DNA of 64,000 bases from Octopus bimaculoides. Taxonomy: Eukaryota. The translations under genes were made by a program, and so were the position numbers. Under the pieces are notes generated by a model. It had not been told where the DNA came from and ran no database searches. It was given only the letters and a program-made list of their open reading frames with translations. Shown one piece after another: positions 39,546 to 52,317 of the stretch (its first letter is position 1; each line of letters opens with the position of its first letter). The stretch lies in NCBI RefSeq assembly GCF_001194135.2, contig NC_068981.1:49190701-49254700 (forward strand), in the 5' to 3' direction.

Positions 39546-39715
39546 TCAGCCGGCGCTATTTTACTTAATAATAATCTTACTTTTTCGTTGTATGTCCACG
39601 ATTTGCAACTGTATTTTAGAAATTGATAGGTCTTCCATGATTAACAACTTTGCATCACAAAAATGTCTTAACTGATCTGCATGAATCCTCGCCGCCTATT
39701 ATTGTAACGTAGTTA

Positions 39716-39725
39716 CTCGTCGCCA
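39716..39725 (-). other. Primer-binding site TGGCGACGAG (tRNA-Ser(GCU)-like 3' end)
   Basis: Minus-strand ...ACA-ATAAC-TGGCGACGAG lies just 3' of a putative LTR end and upstream of gag; it is complementary to the CUCGUCGCCA end of metazoan tRNA-Ser(GCU). Confidence 0.7.
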
Positions 39726-39730
39726 GTTAT

Positions 39731-39930
39731 TGTAGTATCACCATTTTTTATGACTATATTGTTTACCCTATAACCGTGTTGTAACATTAGAATATATAAC
39801 GGAGCAGGGTACCAACAACGTAAGAATCCAACAAACTCTCCACGAAGTGTAAACGAACTGACAAAGGATATTCCGAAAAACTACCAGACCGATACCTTAC
39901 GACTTCCTGCGCTTAACGCCTACTTTCTTT
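39731..39930 (-). mobile_element. Putative 5' LTR of the Gypsy element (outer boundary uncertain)
   Basis: It ends in ACA on the minus strand adjacent to the PBS. I could not find a matching second LTR by eye. Confidence 0.4.
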
Positions 39931-40315
39931 GTCTCAATCACACTGTACTATTTATAGTTGTTCGGTCAAGTCTATTCTTGAAGGAAGTGTGGTCACATTC
40001 GCGACAACAATAATCAAGAGAGTTATACGGAAAACAAAATATGCAGCGTCTGCAGTTTTCGGTGAATATGCAATATTACTCTTTTCAGTTTCGCTGCTAA
40101 GGATCAAGCATGACTTCAGTTTGCTTTAACGACTTTTATGGGGAAACATTAAAGAAACATTTTTTAAAAATATTATTTTATGATCCCTAAAGATCTTTAA
40201 AGAATGACTTGTATTGAATAGATTGTTTTGGTTTCTTTATGTATAGAGAAAATTCCATGCCTAATATTTTTTTGTTGCTGTGATCGTCAAATCATTAAGT
40301 ATACGTATAATATTA

Positions 40316-40552
40316 CAGTAATCCCTCGCCATATTTCGTTTCACCTATCACGCACACAGTACAGCGCGGTTCTACTGTCACGCACTTAGTACATCGCGGT
40401 TCACCTAACGCGCACTAAATACATCGTGGATGTATTTATGTAAATTTATATCGCAGGTCTTTGCGGCCGATAGCGATTTATATTTTTTAGATTTTATTTA
40501 TTTCCGTGGGAGGTTTTGGAACGTAACGCCCGTGATATTTGAGGGATTACTG
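40316..40552. mobile_element. Tigger/pogo-type MITE, 237 bp
   Basis: Perfect 12-bp TIRs CAGTAATCCCTC...GAGGGATTACTG flanked by TA on both sides (40314-15 and 40553-54). Confidence 0.88.
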
Positions 40553-40639
40553 TATATACTAATTATGTACCGCATCAGTACGTCCAAAATACAAACGCGC
40601 TTAGATTTTGTACATACATCTCTGCTTTCACTTCTTTTC

Positions 40640-41290
40640 TCTACTTTAATCCCTAGTTGGCGACCAGGTTGCGGAGGCTTTCCTCTCAAGAACTATGCTG
40701 CTCTGGGTTCTGCTGGATGACGGACTCTGGTGATGATGTTATTCCATGCTTTCCGAACCATGGCGCTGGACTTAGATTGCTCGAGTTTGAGGTGTTGCAA
40801 ATTCAGGTCTTCCCCAAATTGTTTCACCCATATCTTATTTGCTGCGCTAGATTCTCCAGTGCGAGAGTCACTACGGTCACAAATGTTGGTTTTGTAGTCT
40901 TCCGGTGCTCATCTTGCAAACGTGCCAAACCACTGTAACTGTGATCTTCAGTTTTCAAATACTGGTGGCACTGTATTCGGATTTTACTTTTTGAGATGCG
41001 GTCGTGCAAAGAGACAGCAAGAATCTTAAGATGGCGCCGCATTTGGAACACCTCGAGCTTGGTCTTAAGGGAGATTTGGCTTCTTCCAGACACACCATCG
41101 AAGGAAGGCGAACGCAGAAATTGCAGACCCGATTCGGTAGTTGATTTCGGCTGTTGATTCTAATTTCCTCTATGCAACCAGTGAGCCGAGATATTTCACC
41201 TCCCGAACATCTTCAATCTGAATGCCGTCAAGATGCATCATTGCTAGCATGCCGTCTGTTGTTAGAACTTTCGTCTTCTCCCCACGTAGC
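40640..41290 (-). mobile_element. RTE-type LINE 3' fragment, decayed and internally deleted
   Basis: Minus-strand LDGIQIEDVREVKYLGSLV...EINYRIGSAISAF...SLKTKL...MRRHLKILAVSLHDRIS...LQWFG. Confidence 0.8.
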
Positions 41291-41644
41291 CACACACACA
41301 CATAAGCACATGCCGTATGTATATGTGTAAATGCGTATGTCTGTCTGTCTGTGTGTATGTATGTATGTATGTATTTATGTATGTGTTTGCTTGTGTGTAA
41401 GCGTGGCTGTGTCATCGAAGGTCAGTTTCAATATGTGCGGGCTTGCAGGAGCGTTTATGTTTCGGTATATTTGTTTTAGGATACTATAAACAAGCATGAT
41501 TTATCAGGTTTATCGATTTACTAAATGTCATTTGAAACCCTTGTAGAATAGATTTATTTAATATTGTGGGAGATCGTACTCTACATAAGTCAGTGCATTA
41601 ACACTTCCTATTTTTTTTTATTTCTTTTTATAATATGTATTAAT

Positions 41645-42131
41645 TATTGGGTTGCCAAGAAATTAATTTTGCTTATCGCAACAAGTAATGAAACTGGAGG
41701 AAGCATTCAAAGGAAACGGCCAGAATTGGCAAATCATAAAGGAATCGTGGTCCACCATGACAACGCTGGTACACATATGTTTTTGCTACCTCGAAAAAAA
41801 TATTGGAGCTTGCATTGGAAGTTATGTGACATCTACCATATAGCCCTGACCTTGTAACATAAGCTTACCACTTATTTCGAAGTTTGCAAAATTCTTTGAG
41901 TTAATAAATCTTACAATAATGATGATGACCTGCAATCACACTTGCTTCAGTTTTTGGGTGATAAAGACCAGCTGTTTTATGAGCGCAGAATCATGAAGTT
42001 ACCAGAAAGATGGCAAAAATCCATCGAACAAAATCGAAAATATATAACCGATTAAAGTGCAATCTTTGTATGAAAAGAAATAACTTTTCTTTCAAACTGA
42101 AACCCGAAATTACTTTCTTAGTAGCACAATA
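41645..42131 (+). mobile_element. Internally deleted mariner element with both TIRs
   Basis: TIRs tattgggttgccaagaaattaatt and aattactttcttagtagcacaata (reverse complement tattgtgctactaagaaagtaatt). The interior encodes RKRPELANHKGIVVHHDNAGTH...PYSPDL...YHLFRSLQNSL...IMKLPERWQK. Confidence 0.9.
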
Positions 42132-42885
42132 TCATGTAACAGGCAATATTAAGAAGTTGTTTACATAAGCATTTTATATATTTCCTCTTGGATAATTATT
42201 TCAGTCCAAGCTTATAGCATGCGTATAAGCTATTGACTGTATTGACTGTATATTTCGGCTATGAAGAATCGTCGATATAAATATTCACAGTATTTGAAAC
42301 ATATCACTAACTATTTAATATGATAAATGCAATACAATGGGCTGAATCTGTGACGTTTCTTATCCAGACTAATTATGTTTGCGCTGGCACATAACATAAT
42401 TCTAATTGGTGTTGCTAACAATGAATGTAATTGTGATTAAATAAAGCGTTATACGAGTAATTAGCAGCTGAACTTTCTAAGACAAACACTTTTCAATTTC
42501 ATCTGAATGCTTACCAGTTATTAGAATAAAACATACGACCACTATTCGAATCATTTTACGTTCTAAAATACCATTCCAAATATATTATAATTGCATAGAT
42601 TTTAGGATACAACATTACATTACTAGATCCACTCAGAGATTTGTTACAATGTTAGAGATATTAAAATTTATGTTCTAGAAATATGTGCGGATGACATTGT
42701 AAACGGTATATATTGTTTTAAAAAAGTTTGTAACAATGAAGGTTTATTGAATTTCGGATTGTTGATTCAAAAATACTAATAGTTCATGTCTATGGTATTA
42801 TTACCCTTTTATANNNNNNNNNNNNNNNNNNNNNNNNNNNNNNNNNNNNNNNNNNNNNNNNNNNNNNNNNNNNNNNNNNNNNNNN

Positions 42886-43050
42886 GTTAGCACGCCGGGA
42901 AAAATGCTTAGCGGTATTTTGTTTAGCTTTACGTTCTGAATTCAAGTGCCACAGATGTCAACTTTACATTTCATCCTTAGTTGAATACTGGAGTCAATGA
43001 AATCGACTAACCTGCTTCCCGGACTTGCTGACCTTGTGCCAAAATTTAAA
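42886..43050 (+). mobile_element. SINE copy (family of 2300 and 12781)
   Basis: gttagcacgccggg...aaatgcttagcggtattt...tacgttctgaattcaag...gtcaactttacatttcatcc...ccttgtgccaaaattt. Confidence 0.7.
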
Positions 43051-46000
43051 TGCTTTATTTCATCGCAGTAATTTGTTAAACTATATATGGCTATCATATA
43101 TCCTACTTAGTGCCTTTTGCTATTGTCCTCATCTCAACATAATGATATATGCCCGACTCTCATCTAGAAGGGATAGCCAAAGTGATGCGGCATAACCTGT
43201 ACATTATACAAATATTTTAAGTTGTTTGATTTATGAATACAAATCTTTGTAAATATGTTTCTACTTGTGATTCTTCATGCACTGAACATGCATTTAGTAT
43301 GAATGCTGACTCAAACCATCATAACAGCCTCCTAGATACCTTCCTGGTGTTATGCCAATATGCATCTTCACTATAGCACGCGATCACAAAATACATGTGC
43401 ACATCATAATAGCCAACCACTTTCCCATGATTTTGAGATCAGTAAAACATGTCACAAACAAACCTGCTTGTATGTTTCAGTTCGTTCAAGGTACATTAAT
43501 TCTCAAGTTTGAAATAAATATCGATTAAAAGTATTTGAAGGAATTTGAAGACAGGCATATGGTCCTAAGCATATATTATTCATTGCTAACCATATTTCGT
43601 TTCATGAGAGAAGCATAGAAAAATATTTCATATGGCATCGATCGTAACATTTTAAGACGGGGAAGGTGTTCTCATTAACATTTCTATATTTGTAATGTCA
43701 GACGTTCCGTATTGTAGTTTATTCCCAGTAACCAAGGACGAAAAATGTCAAACTTACATGCGTATGTTAGGTATTAATTTGATACATTACATTTTTGAGT
43801 AAGCTCAAGTTATTTGCATAGTACAATATCCTAAATTGTCAGCATGTTGCTTGAAATTAACAAAAATACGTTCACATGTAATTTGAATAAAAACATATTT
43901 TAGTTGTGTTTTAGTACGGACAATAAAAGTGATATAGTGAATGGAAATTAATATAAAAAGAATAATTTGATTTATTGGGTAAAAACATTTGCAGTAAATT
44001 GTTTTATTATGCATAGGAGTAATTGACACTGATAACAGAATGTCAGTAACCAGGTCAGCACTCAGAGCACTAAAATTAATTAGTATTGACAATATGTTCA
44101 AGTGAGATATGTTATCTGAAAACAAAAGAAAAATACTTTATTTTAATTATATAAAGAACAGAATTCATTTATATTCTACTCACTTTGTCAGTTATATTTT
44201 GTCTCATTATATATTATTGACTAACTAAAAACATATCTAATGTCTATACACATATACTAAAAGCTTTCATGTGTATTCTTTTTAGATCGCCATAACATTA
44301 TTAAATAGATAATTGTAACGGCTCTAAAAACGATTAAACGAAATCTCAAATGGCCGTTTCCAACAGAGATAAACATGAGAAAGTGTACTTTTCTGCAATC
44401 TGTTTTGTAAGCCATTGAACTGATCTTCAGAAATGTTCAAGGCAGGGTTTTAGAATCACTAACGTGTCGTATATATTGTTACCTTGTCAATGATAGATGA
44501 ATAACAGCAAGAGTGGCATAGCGAAGACGATTTATGCTATTGACCATGTATCACGTTCCTCAATACGTGTTGTTGTCTGGTTGAATATATGACACCAAAC
44601 AAAGAAGATAAAGTATATGTTGTTAACTATATGCAGACACATAGTAATTATTCTTGAACGAAGTGAAAGAAATGTAAAACTCATATATCTCTTAAATTAC
44701 AGTATACTTGTTATAACTAATTATTCCTGTGTAATCATCTTTAATTCATTTTACAAAAATACACCAGAGAGTATTGCAGTAATTCTTGCTTTATAACATG
44801 TGTATTGTATGTTACCGCGTCTACAGCTATTTATATAAGCTGCATATATATAAGCTGCATAGATATGAACCTTTGGAGTTACATTTTTCAGCCATCATGT
44901 TCAGTGTTATAAATGGATAGTAAGCACCAATAGAAAGGAAAAAAAGCTGCGTACTCCTTTTTAAATTTAATTCATCACGGTATTTCAGCAATGCCTTTGG
45001 AAGAATGCACCCTGTTGAACATAAATGTTTCGTCTTAAACATTTTCACAAAGTGTAGTGAATGACGTTGATTACATGATTCAGAGACATACATTATCTTA
45101 ACAATTAAATTCAGTACGGTGCATCAAAATCGGACGATTGTCTATTTCGACAACCGAAATGTTTAGTACTTCGTTTCATCAATACTTGTAACTTTCTGAA
45201 CCATACTTTCGCGCAAGATTCGTTGAAAATTTTAAGAATAAGTACGCCGAAGATTTTAAAATACGTACACTTGCATGGAAAAATATACACAAGAAAGCTA
45301 TAAAGCCACTTAGATTGACATGCTCAGCGATACACATGTCCATGAATTCAAACATTCTAATCTGACTTCGTTTGAATAAGCCATAGTCATAAACCTAGCA
45401 AAAAAATATTGAAATATTTATCCTTTGTTCATGATGTTAATATTGAATGAAAATTAACTCCAAAACAGCGCATATATAAGTGTAGTCTATTCTGCGATAT
45501 CCCAACAAATAACGTACTAACGAGATGGATTTTTCTGCTTGACGTCCATATTGCAACTTGAAATACACACTCATGTTCAGTTTTAACACATGATCAAGTC
45601 ATTCAATATAAAGAATTTATAATAGCATTTTCCTTTCAGTTATTGTTATACACCCCATGCAGGTGGGCGTTGAGCATACCCCGATATCAAACTTTTCATT
45701 GACTTAAACACAAACTATGCATTTCTTTGCAATAGGGCCAAGTATTTCGGAACTGAAAAAGTTCATAAAAATTCTACATAATAGAGAGGAATGAATGCGC
45801 AATGTGTCACAGGAGAGCACTAGATACATTGGACAAGATAACGCAGGTTTCACGTGAAGATAGATTACAAATATGTGGAGCAATAGTAGTAATCTTATGG
45901 CAATTCCTTCGAAGTTTTCCACTGATTCGAAAACAACAAAAGTAAATGGAATCCGCTCTTCCTATATAAACAGTCATTGTTTTGACAAGATATATATTGT

Positions 46001-47774
46001 CAAATAGAAGAAGAAGTCGTATGGGGTAGGATATCTCTGATTATTTTCCCACAAATTTGTTACAAGCTACATCAACATAGATTAAAATATCAGCAAGATA
46101 AATGTACGAGCAGAGAAATACTCATACATACAAATCAGTACAAACTATTGTGGATTAAAAAAAAATTATCACAATGTCCTGCAGCATTTTAAAATTCGCT
46201 GCAACTTTCCTGTCTATCACCACAAACGGTTCAGTACACAAAAAAAATTTATTACCAATTACATGGGTGCATAATTTATAGCAGCTGCAAAACTAGTGTT
46301 AAGACATTTACGCTGCATATCCAGGTGCTACTATTTTTGCTTGTTCACCAATGGGAAGATATTATACTTATATCACCAGTTTTGACATGTAGATTTCCAG
46401 AAGACTTAAGCGTTGACATATAAATCAATAAGTCACAACGGCAAACGTTGACAGTTGTTGGTTTATATCTTTAGTAACAATGATCTGTTTTTGATCAACT
46501 TTTACATCGGATACTAAATTCTAAGACAACTCATTATCTATACCCATTTTAGCCAAACCATTAACGCTGCGTATCCTGAGGTGTTTGTATGACTATTCTA
46601 AGAATTCCTATCGATATAGATTTAATGTCACATAATTTGACACTCAGTTCATCTATTCATATTATTTCTTTATTTCTTCATTTCTTGGGGGTGAAATAGT
46701 TTGGAAGAAAGTATTTTCTTTAAGTACTCTGGTTTTCAAATGATATAATGTTGGTTTCTTTCCATCAGATTGTTACCTCGTCACATTTTTCGTTTCCACT
46801 ATTATATTCATCTTATTTTAAGAATTAAAGAATTTCAAATGTGAATCATAATTTATCGTGTTCATTATTAATCTCAAACATCATAACACTACCTTCCTTC
46901 AGAAAATTTGACTTACGTATATGTTATTCACAGACTTACATTATGAAATATATATTTAATATGAAGCACTTTGGGCACCAGACTGCTATAAACGTTTTGA
47001 AAAACGATTTTCCCATTCTTACACGAAAAATAAGTTTCAAGAGAATTGCAATAATGTTCCATTAAACCGAATATGACTTCATTATGCACAATTCTATGGT
47101 ATTTATATCTACTTTGCAGCTTCAGAAATGATGGTTGTCCTGCTAGCATTAAATATTGGAAAATATAATGTCCTATTATATCTGCAATATTCATTGACTT
47201 AACTGCTGATTAATCAACAACTGGCATCTAATTATTTCCACAATCTCTCATTAATCGCATTACAATATTTCATGTTGTAGTGGTAGGAAAGATAAACGTA
47301 CTTGATGGTTATGGCATTTTCAGCAAAATAGGAAATGTTCCGACATCGATAATTGTACCTCATAATCTTTCTTGAAATTATAATTCATACATCAACATGA
47401 TTTTTAGAAATGGCAAAGTAAAAGAAAACATTACGCCGAGGAAATATTTTTCAATTGACTTTCAATGCCGAAAATTCTTATTCGAAGTATAGCGCATATA
47501 TTATTGGATCTTCTACTCCAGACTCTTGAAAATTATAACCAAAAATCCATGTGATTGATTCAAAATAAGAGTGTCTAGAACATACGCATCGAAGGAACAT
47601 TATATCCATAATGGTCTTTGAATATCATGTTTAAATATTTCGGCGAATCTATGGAATGTTGTATAGTAATCATTTCCTAACTATTAAGAAGTTAGTTTAA
47701 AACGTATTCCTATTAAAAGTATGTCTACTGTATATGTATATTGACATACATCAAATGCGATGCATATATATACA

Positions 47775-47840
<66 letters not shown>

Positions 47841-48888
47841 NNNNNNNNNNNNNNNNNNNNNNNNNNNNNNNNNNNNNNNNNNNNNNNNNNNNNNNNNNNN
47901 NNNNNNNNNNNNNNNNNNNNNNNNNNNNNNNNNNNNNNNNNNNNNNNNNNNNNNNNNNNNNNNNNNNNNNNNNNNNNNNNNNNNNNNNNNNNNNNNNNNN
48001 NNNNNNNNNNNNNNNNNNNNNNNNNNNNNNNNNNNNNNNNNNNNNNNNNNNNNNNNNNNNNNNNNNNNNNNNNNNNNNNNATATATATATATATATAACC
48101 TCTTAACTTGTGGGTTAACAAGACAATCATTTGTTTCATGGGAGTTAAATGTGGCAGCCTTGATAATTGTTGAGAGTTTTCTTTCGGCATGAAAGTTGTG
48201 GTAATATTGTTAACCCACAAATAAAGTATATTGATTAACCCATATATATAAAAGTGTATGCGTTTGTGTCTCTGTATGTGTATACTTGCATGAACGCGAA
48301 CATTTGATGAGAGTTTTATGACTTTCTTCTGCCCCGAGGTTTGCTTTCTTTTATCTTACTTAACCGACGAGATGTCTTCCTGGCATAATGACATTAAGGA
48401 TATATCTTTTCTACGGCTTCTCCTTGTAGCAAGTTGTCGCTATAAACTAATTAGATAAACATATGAAATAATAGTTTTCTGATATCATTGCTTTATGCAT
48501 GCCCGTTATACTTCTAATTTCTCTATTAATTCGAATGATAGTTTTTAAAATACCACTTATTCGATATGCTGTTTTTACATTTGTCATCATGAAGATTCTA
48601 GCTCATCTCTTCATACCCGTTCAAAATTTTACCTGAGGAGGATGGCTTTGTGTTATCACGTAATATGCGGATATGTCAAAATAAAATATGAATTCCTATC
48701 AGAATCTATATACAATAGGCAAGAACTATTTTTACCCATTCTACACAGCACTTTCTTTGGATGATGGAACTACAGCTGTAATATCCTATGTATAATTTTA
48801 CTTTAATTTTCATTCTCATATTTTCCTTTATACTCCCTACATCTACCCTTTTCCAAAATAACTCCTTATCTTGAGCTCTATTATTTGC

Positions 48889-48967
48889 CTGTGGTTATCC
48901 TCTCTCATATCATATCTGTGGTTATCTCTCTCATATCATATCTGTGGTTATCTCTCTCATATCATAC
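48889..48967. repeat. Three tandem copies of a 26-27-bp unit
   Basis: ctgtggttatc(c)tctctcatatcata(t/c) x3, running directly into ctgatga. Confidence 0.95.
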
Positions 48968-49011
48968 CTGATGAAGGGATATCTCTAATATCCCAGTAAC
49001 AGTAGTAAGAC
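48968..49011 (+). ncRNA. Eroded hammerhead-like motif (GAAA lost)
   Basis: CUGAUGA-A-GGGAUAU(CUCUA)AUAUCCC-AGUAA-CAGUAG-UA-AGAC; sibling of 49467-49514. Confidence 0.5.
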
Positions 49012-49218
49012 TACCTTTGTGTCTCTCTCTAAATGTCCCATAAATTCCACACAGCATTGGCTTTGCTGTCTCATTTTATTGACCATATACAAGACCCGCA
49101 TTAGACTCATCACTCGTATCTTTATCGAAACGAGAGTCCAACTACGGTCCTCCCGTAGCACTTATATAGACTTAACTGCCATCTTGGTTTTTTTGGGGAT
49201 ATCAATACCTCTCGTATA

Positions 49219-49261
<43 letters not shown>

Positions 49262-49292
49262 TATGTATATACGTATATCTATATGTATGTAT

Positions 49293-49332
<40 letters not shown>

Positions 49333-49439
49333 NNNNNNNNNNNNNNNNNNNNNNNNNNNNNNNNNNNNNNNNNNNNNNNNNNNTATATATATATATAAGG
49401 ATTTACTTTTCGTAATGAGATAAAAAACTAAGGCTGTGT

Positions 49440-50260
49440 ATATTTTAGAACATTTATAAATAGAAGGTCTTACAGCTGTTTCCAGGATATTTATTATATC
49501 CCTTCATCGGAGACGGTGTCATAGGTTGGTTAAGCAATAGTTAAATTAGATAAGATAGGAAATAGAGTGTGAATTAGAGGAGCGAAAATAGATGTGAGAT
49601 ATGCAGGGATATTGTATTTGTAAATCCATTGTTTAGGCAGAATGGTATAAGATTCCAATATCTTGTGAGTAAAATCCAATAGTCTTTAAGAGTGGTCATT
49701 GTATTTGTAAATCCATAATTAAGATTCCAATACCCTATGAGTAATTTCCTACAGTCTTTGAAATTGGTCATTCCAAATACAGAGTTTATACACAGTGTTA
49801 TTGAATCAAGGGTTCTGTTTAAAGTGACCTAAAAGTAGGGAATATATTAGTAAGGTCAAATCGAAAACAGGAAGAGAGGAATAAAGAAAGAGAAAAAAAA
49901 GGGGGAGAAAGAGAAGAAAAAAGTAAGAAGAAAATAATAAAAGGAATAAAGAAAAGACGGGAAAAAGAAATACAAAAATAGAGATAAGGGAATGTGTACA
50001 AGATAGTGGTCACTGAATATAATAAGAAAGTAGGAACGGGAAGATAAGGGTGAAAGAGAGGGAAAGGTATTAGAGTGTAGAAAGATAGAAGGAATGGGGG
50101 GTTATGTAGAGATAGAGATATAGGGCTTTAAAGAGTGTCAATTGCAGTGATGGAGTCTAGATAATGGTGTAGAGAAAGGGGGTATTGGTATGGAAAGAAG
50201 AATTTAGGAATTTAGATGGTTGGACAGGTTAGTACAAGTAGTAGAAGAAAAAACATCTGA
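49440..50260 (-). mobile_element. Probable Penelope-like element 3'/pLTR remnant
   Basis: A pyrimidine-rich minus-strand tract with an internal ~88-bp duplication (attgtatttgtaaatccat at ~49611 and ~49699), ending in a hammerhead-like motif. The family assignment is inference. Confidence 0.4.
49467..49514 (-). ncRNA. Minimal type I hammerhead-like motif (U4C core)
   Basis: GUCU-CCGAUGA-A-GGGAUAU(AAUAA)AUAUCCU-G-GAAA-CAGCUG-UA^AGAC: stem I GUCU/AGAC, 7-bp stem II, palindromic stem III. Confidence 0.65.
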
Positions 50261-51073
50261 GAATGTATACATATGTATATATTAGACATGTATATATTTT
50301 TTTTTATTTATACAGATGTTTATGCATATCAATATCTACACATATAACTCGTACTCATGTGTATATGGATACGTGCACACCCACATATACGTGTATCTGT
50401 ATGTATTATCGCCCCTGTACACGCAGGTATATATACCTTGTATACATACATTCACACATACACACGTACATACATATGAGCACACACACACACATACATA
50501 TACACGCACATATGCATAGATGCACACGCACGCGAATATAGATAGATGGTTGTGAAATTCGAGTATGAGTATGAGTGAGGGTTAGGTATGGATTGGAAGT
50601 TGAAATATAGACCTAAAATATAGATCTTATTGTTAAAATCTAGACCTGCATTAACAGACAAGGTATATATGGACCCTACTTGCCGTAGACATTATTAGAC
50701 AGTTTTTAGACCTTATACTTAAAATATAGATCTAAAATATAGACCTTAGTATATTATGAGTCTCATGGTTCAACAAAGGAACAAACACTCCACCAAGTTG
50801 TACTGCACTTAATAGACTCTGGATCCAGGCGAATGAGAGTTTCCAAATAGGAATAGTAATGTAACAGATGGATAATGGTGAAAAGAATCTTTTGACAATT
50901 ACTATTCAGTGAATCATTAAGTGGCGCAAACTGGAATGTTATAAATTTATAATTCATGTATATTCATATGATGGAAACATTTTTTTTTTTTACTTTTTTC
51001 ATATGATGTACTGTCCTTTCATCAATTCGTTGGAAGCAGCTGTAGTGAATGAAGCATTGTTTCTATCTCATGT

Positions 51074-51111
<38 letters not shown>

Positions 51112-52249
51112 NNNNNNNNNNNNNNNNNNNNNNNNNNNNNNNNNNNNNNNNNNNNNNNNNNNNNNNNNNNNNNNNNNNNNNNNNNNNNNNNNNNNNNNNN
51201 NNNNNNNNNNNNNNNNNNNNNNNNNNNNNNNNNNNNNNNNNNNNNNNNNNNNNNNNNNNNNNNNNNNNNNNNNNNNNNNNNNNNNNNNNNNNNNNNNNNN
51301 NNNNNNNNNNNNNNNNNNNNNNNNNNNNNNNNNNNNNNNNNNNNNNNNNNNNNNNNNNNNNNNNNNNNNNNNNNNNNNNNNNNNNNNNNNNNNNNNNNNN
51401 NNNNNNNNNNNNNNNNNNNNNNNNNNNNNNNNNNNNNNNNNNNNNNNNNNNNNNNNNNNNNNNNNNNNNNNNNNNNNNNNNNNNNNNNNNNNNNNNNNNN
51501 NNNNNNNNNNNNNNNNNNNNNNNNNNNNNNNNNNNNNNNNNNNNNNNNNNNNNNNNNNNNNNNNNNNNNNNNNNNNNNNNNNNNNNNNNNNNNNNNNNNN
51601 NNNNNNNNNNNNNNNNNNNNNNNNNNNNNNNNNNNNNNNNNNNNNNNNNNNNNNNNNNNNNNNNNNNNNNNNNNNNNNNNNNNNNNNNNNNNNNNNNNNN
51701 NNNNNNNNNNNNNNNNNNNNNNNNNNNNNNNNNNNNNNNNNNNNNNNNNNNNNNNNNNNNNNNNNNNNNNNNNNNNNNNNNNNNNNNNNNNNNNNNNNNN
51801 NNNNNNNNNNNNNNNNNNNNNNNNNNNNNNNNNNNNNNNNNNNNNNNNNNNNNNNNNNNNNNNNNNNNNNNNNNNNNNNNNNNNNNNNNNNNNNNNNNNN
51901 NNNNNNNNNATATATATATATATATATATATATATACACGCATACATGTGTGCATGCATGTATATACATATATAATATACATTTACTTTTCATATCTTTT
52001 CTTAGTCTTTCATACTTACAAACACACACGCGCACATTCGTACATAACATGCATTATGTACATATAAACTACGACCTTGAATCTTATCTCTTTTTCTTTT
52101 GCATTTTTTCCATGGCTGCGTGTGTAATATTAAGTGAAGTTATACAAAGCCAATATTAAATATTACAGATTTACATTTTATTCACATTGAAACATCGATA
52201 ATATATTTATTGCACTATTCGTGTAATATTTATTATATCTCAATAACCT

Positions 52250-52317
52250 GTATCATTTCCTTTCCATTATTTTTCAGGTAAGATTGCTTTCTTCTTGTTG
52301 CATTATATATGGTAAGT
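52250..52317 (+). other. Candidate 3' splice site abutting a 5' splice site (CAG|GTAAGA), with a second donor (G|GTAAGT) 34 nt downstream
   Basis: tatcatttcctttccattattttttcag|GTAAGATTGCTTTCTTCTTGTTGCATTATATATG|gtaagtag; AG at 52276-77, exon 52278-52311. Confidence 0.5.

Noticed and set aside
45700-46600. Hydrophobic peptide fragments on the minus strand (signal-peptide-like or receptor-like)
   Set aside because: The ORF starts at GTG, the frames are full of stops, and no diagnostic motif is present; AT-rich DNA readily gives hydrophobic translations.
48889-48967. Short regularly spaced repeats (also 37459-37535 and 40340-40430) as a possible CRISPR array
   Set aside because: They are head-to-tail or have only 2-3 units, lack unique spacers of uniform length and cas genes, and sit in a eukaryotic context.
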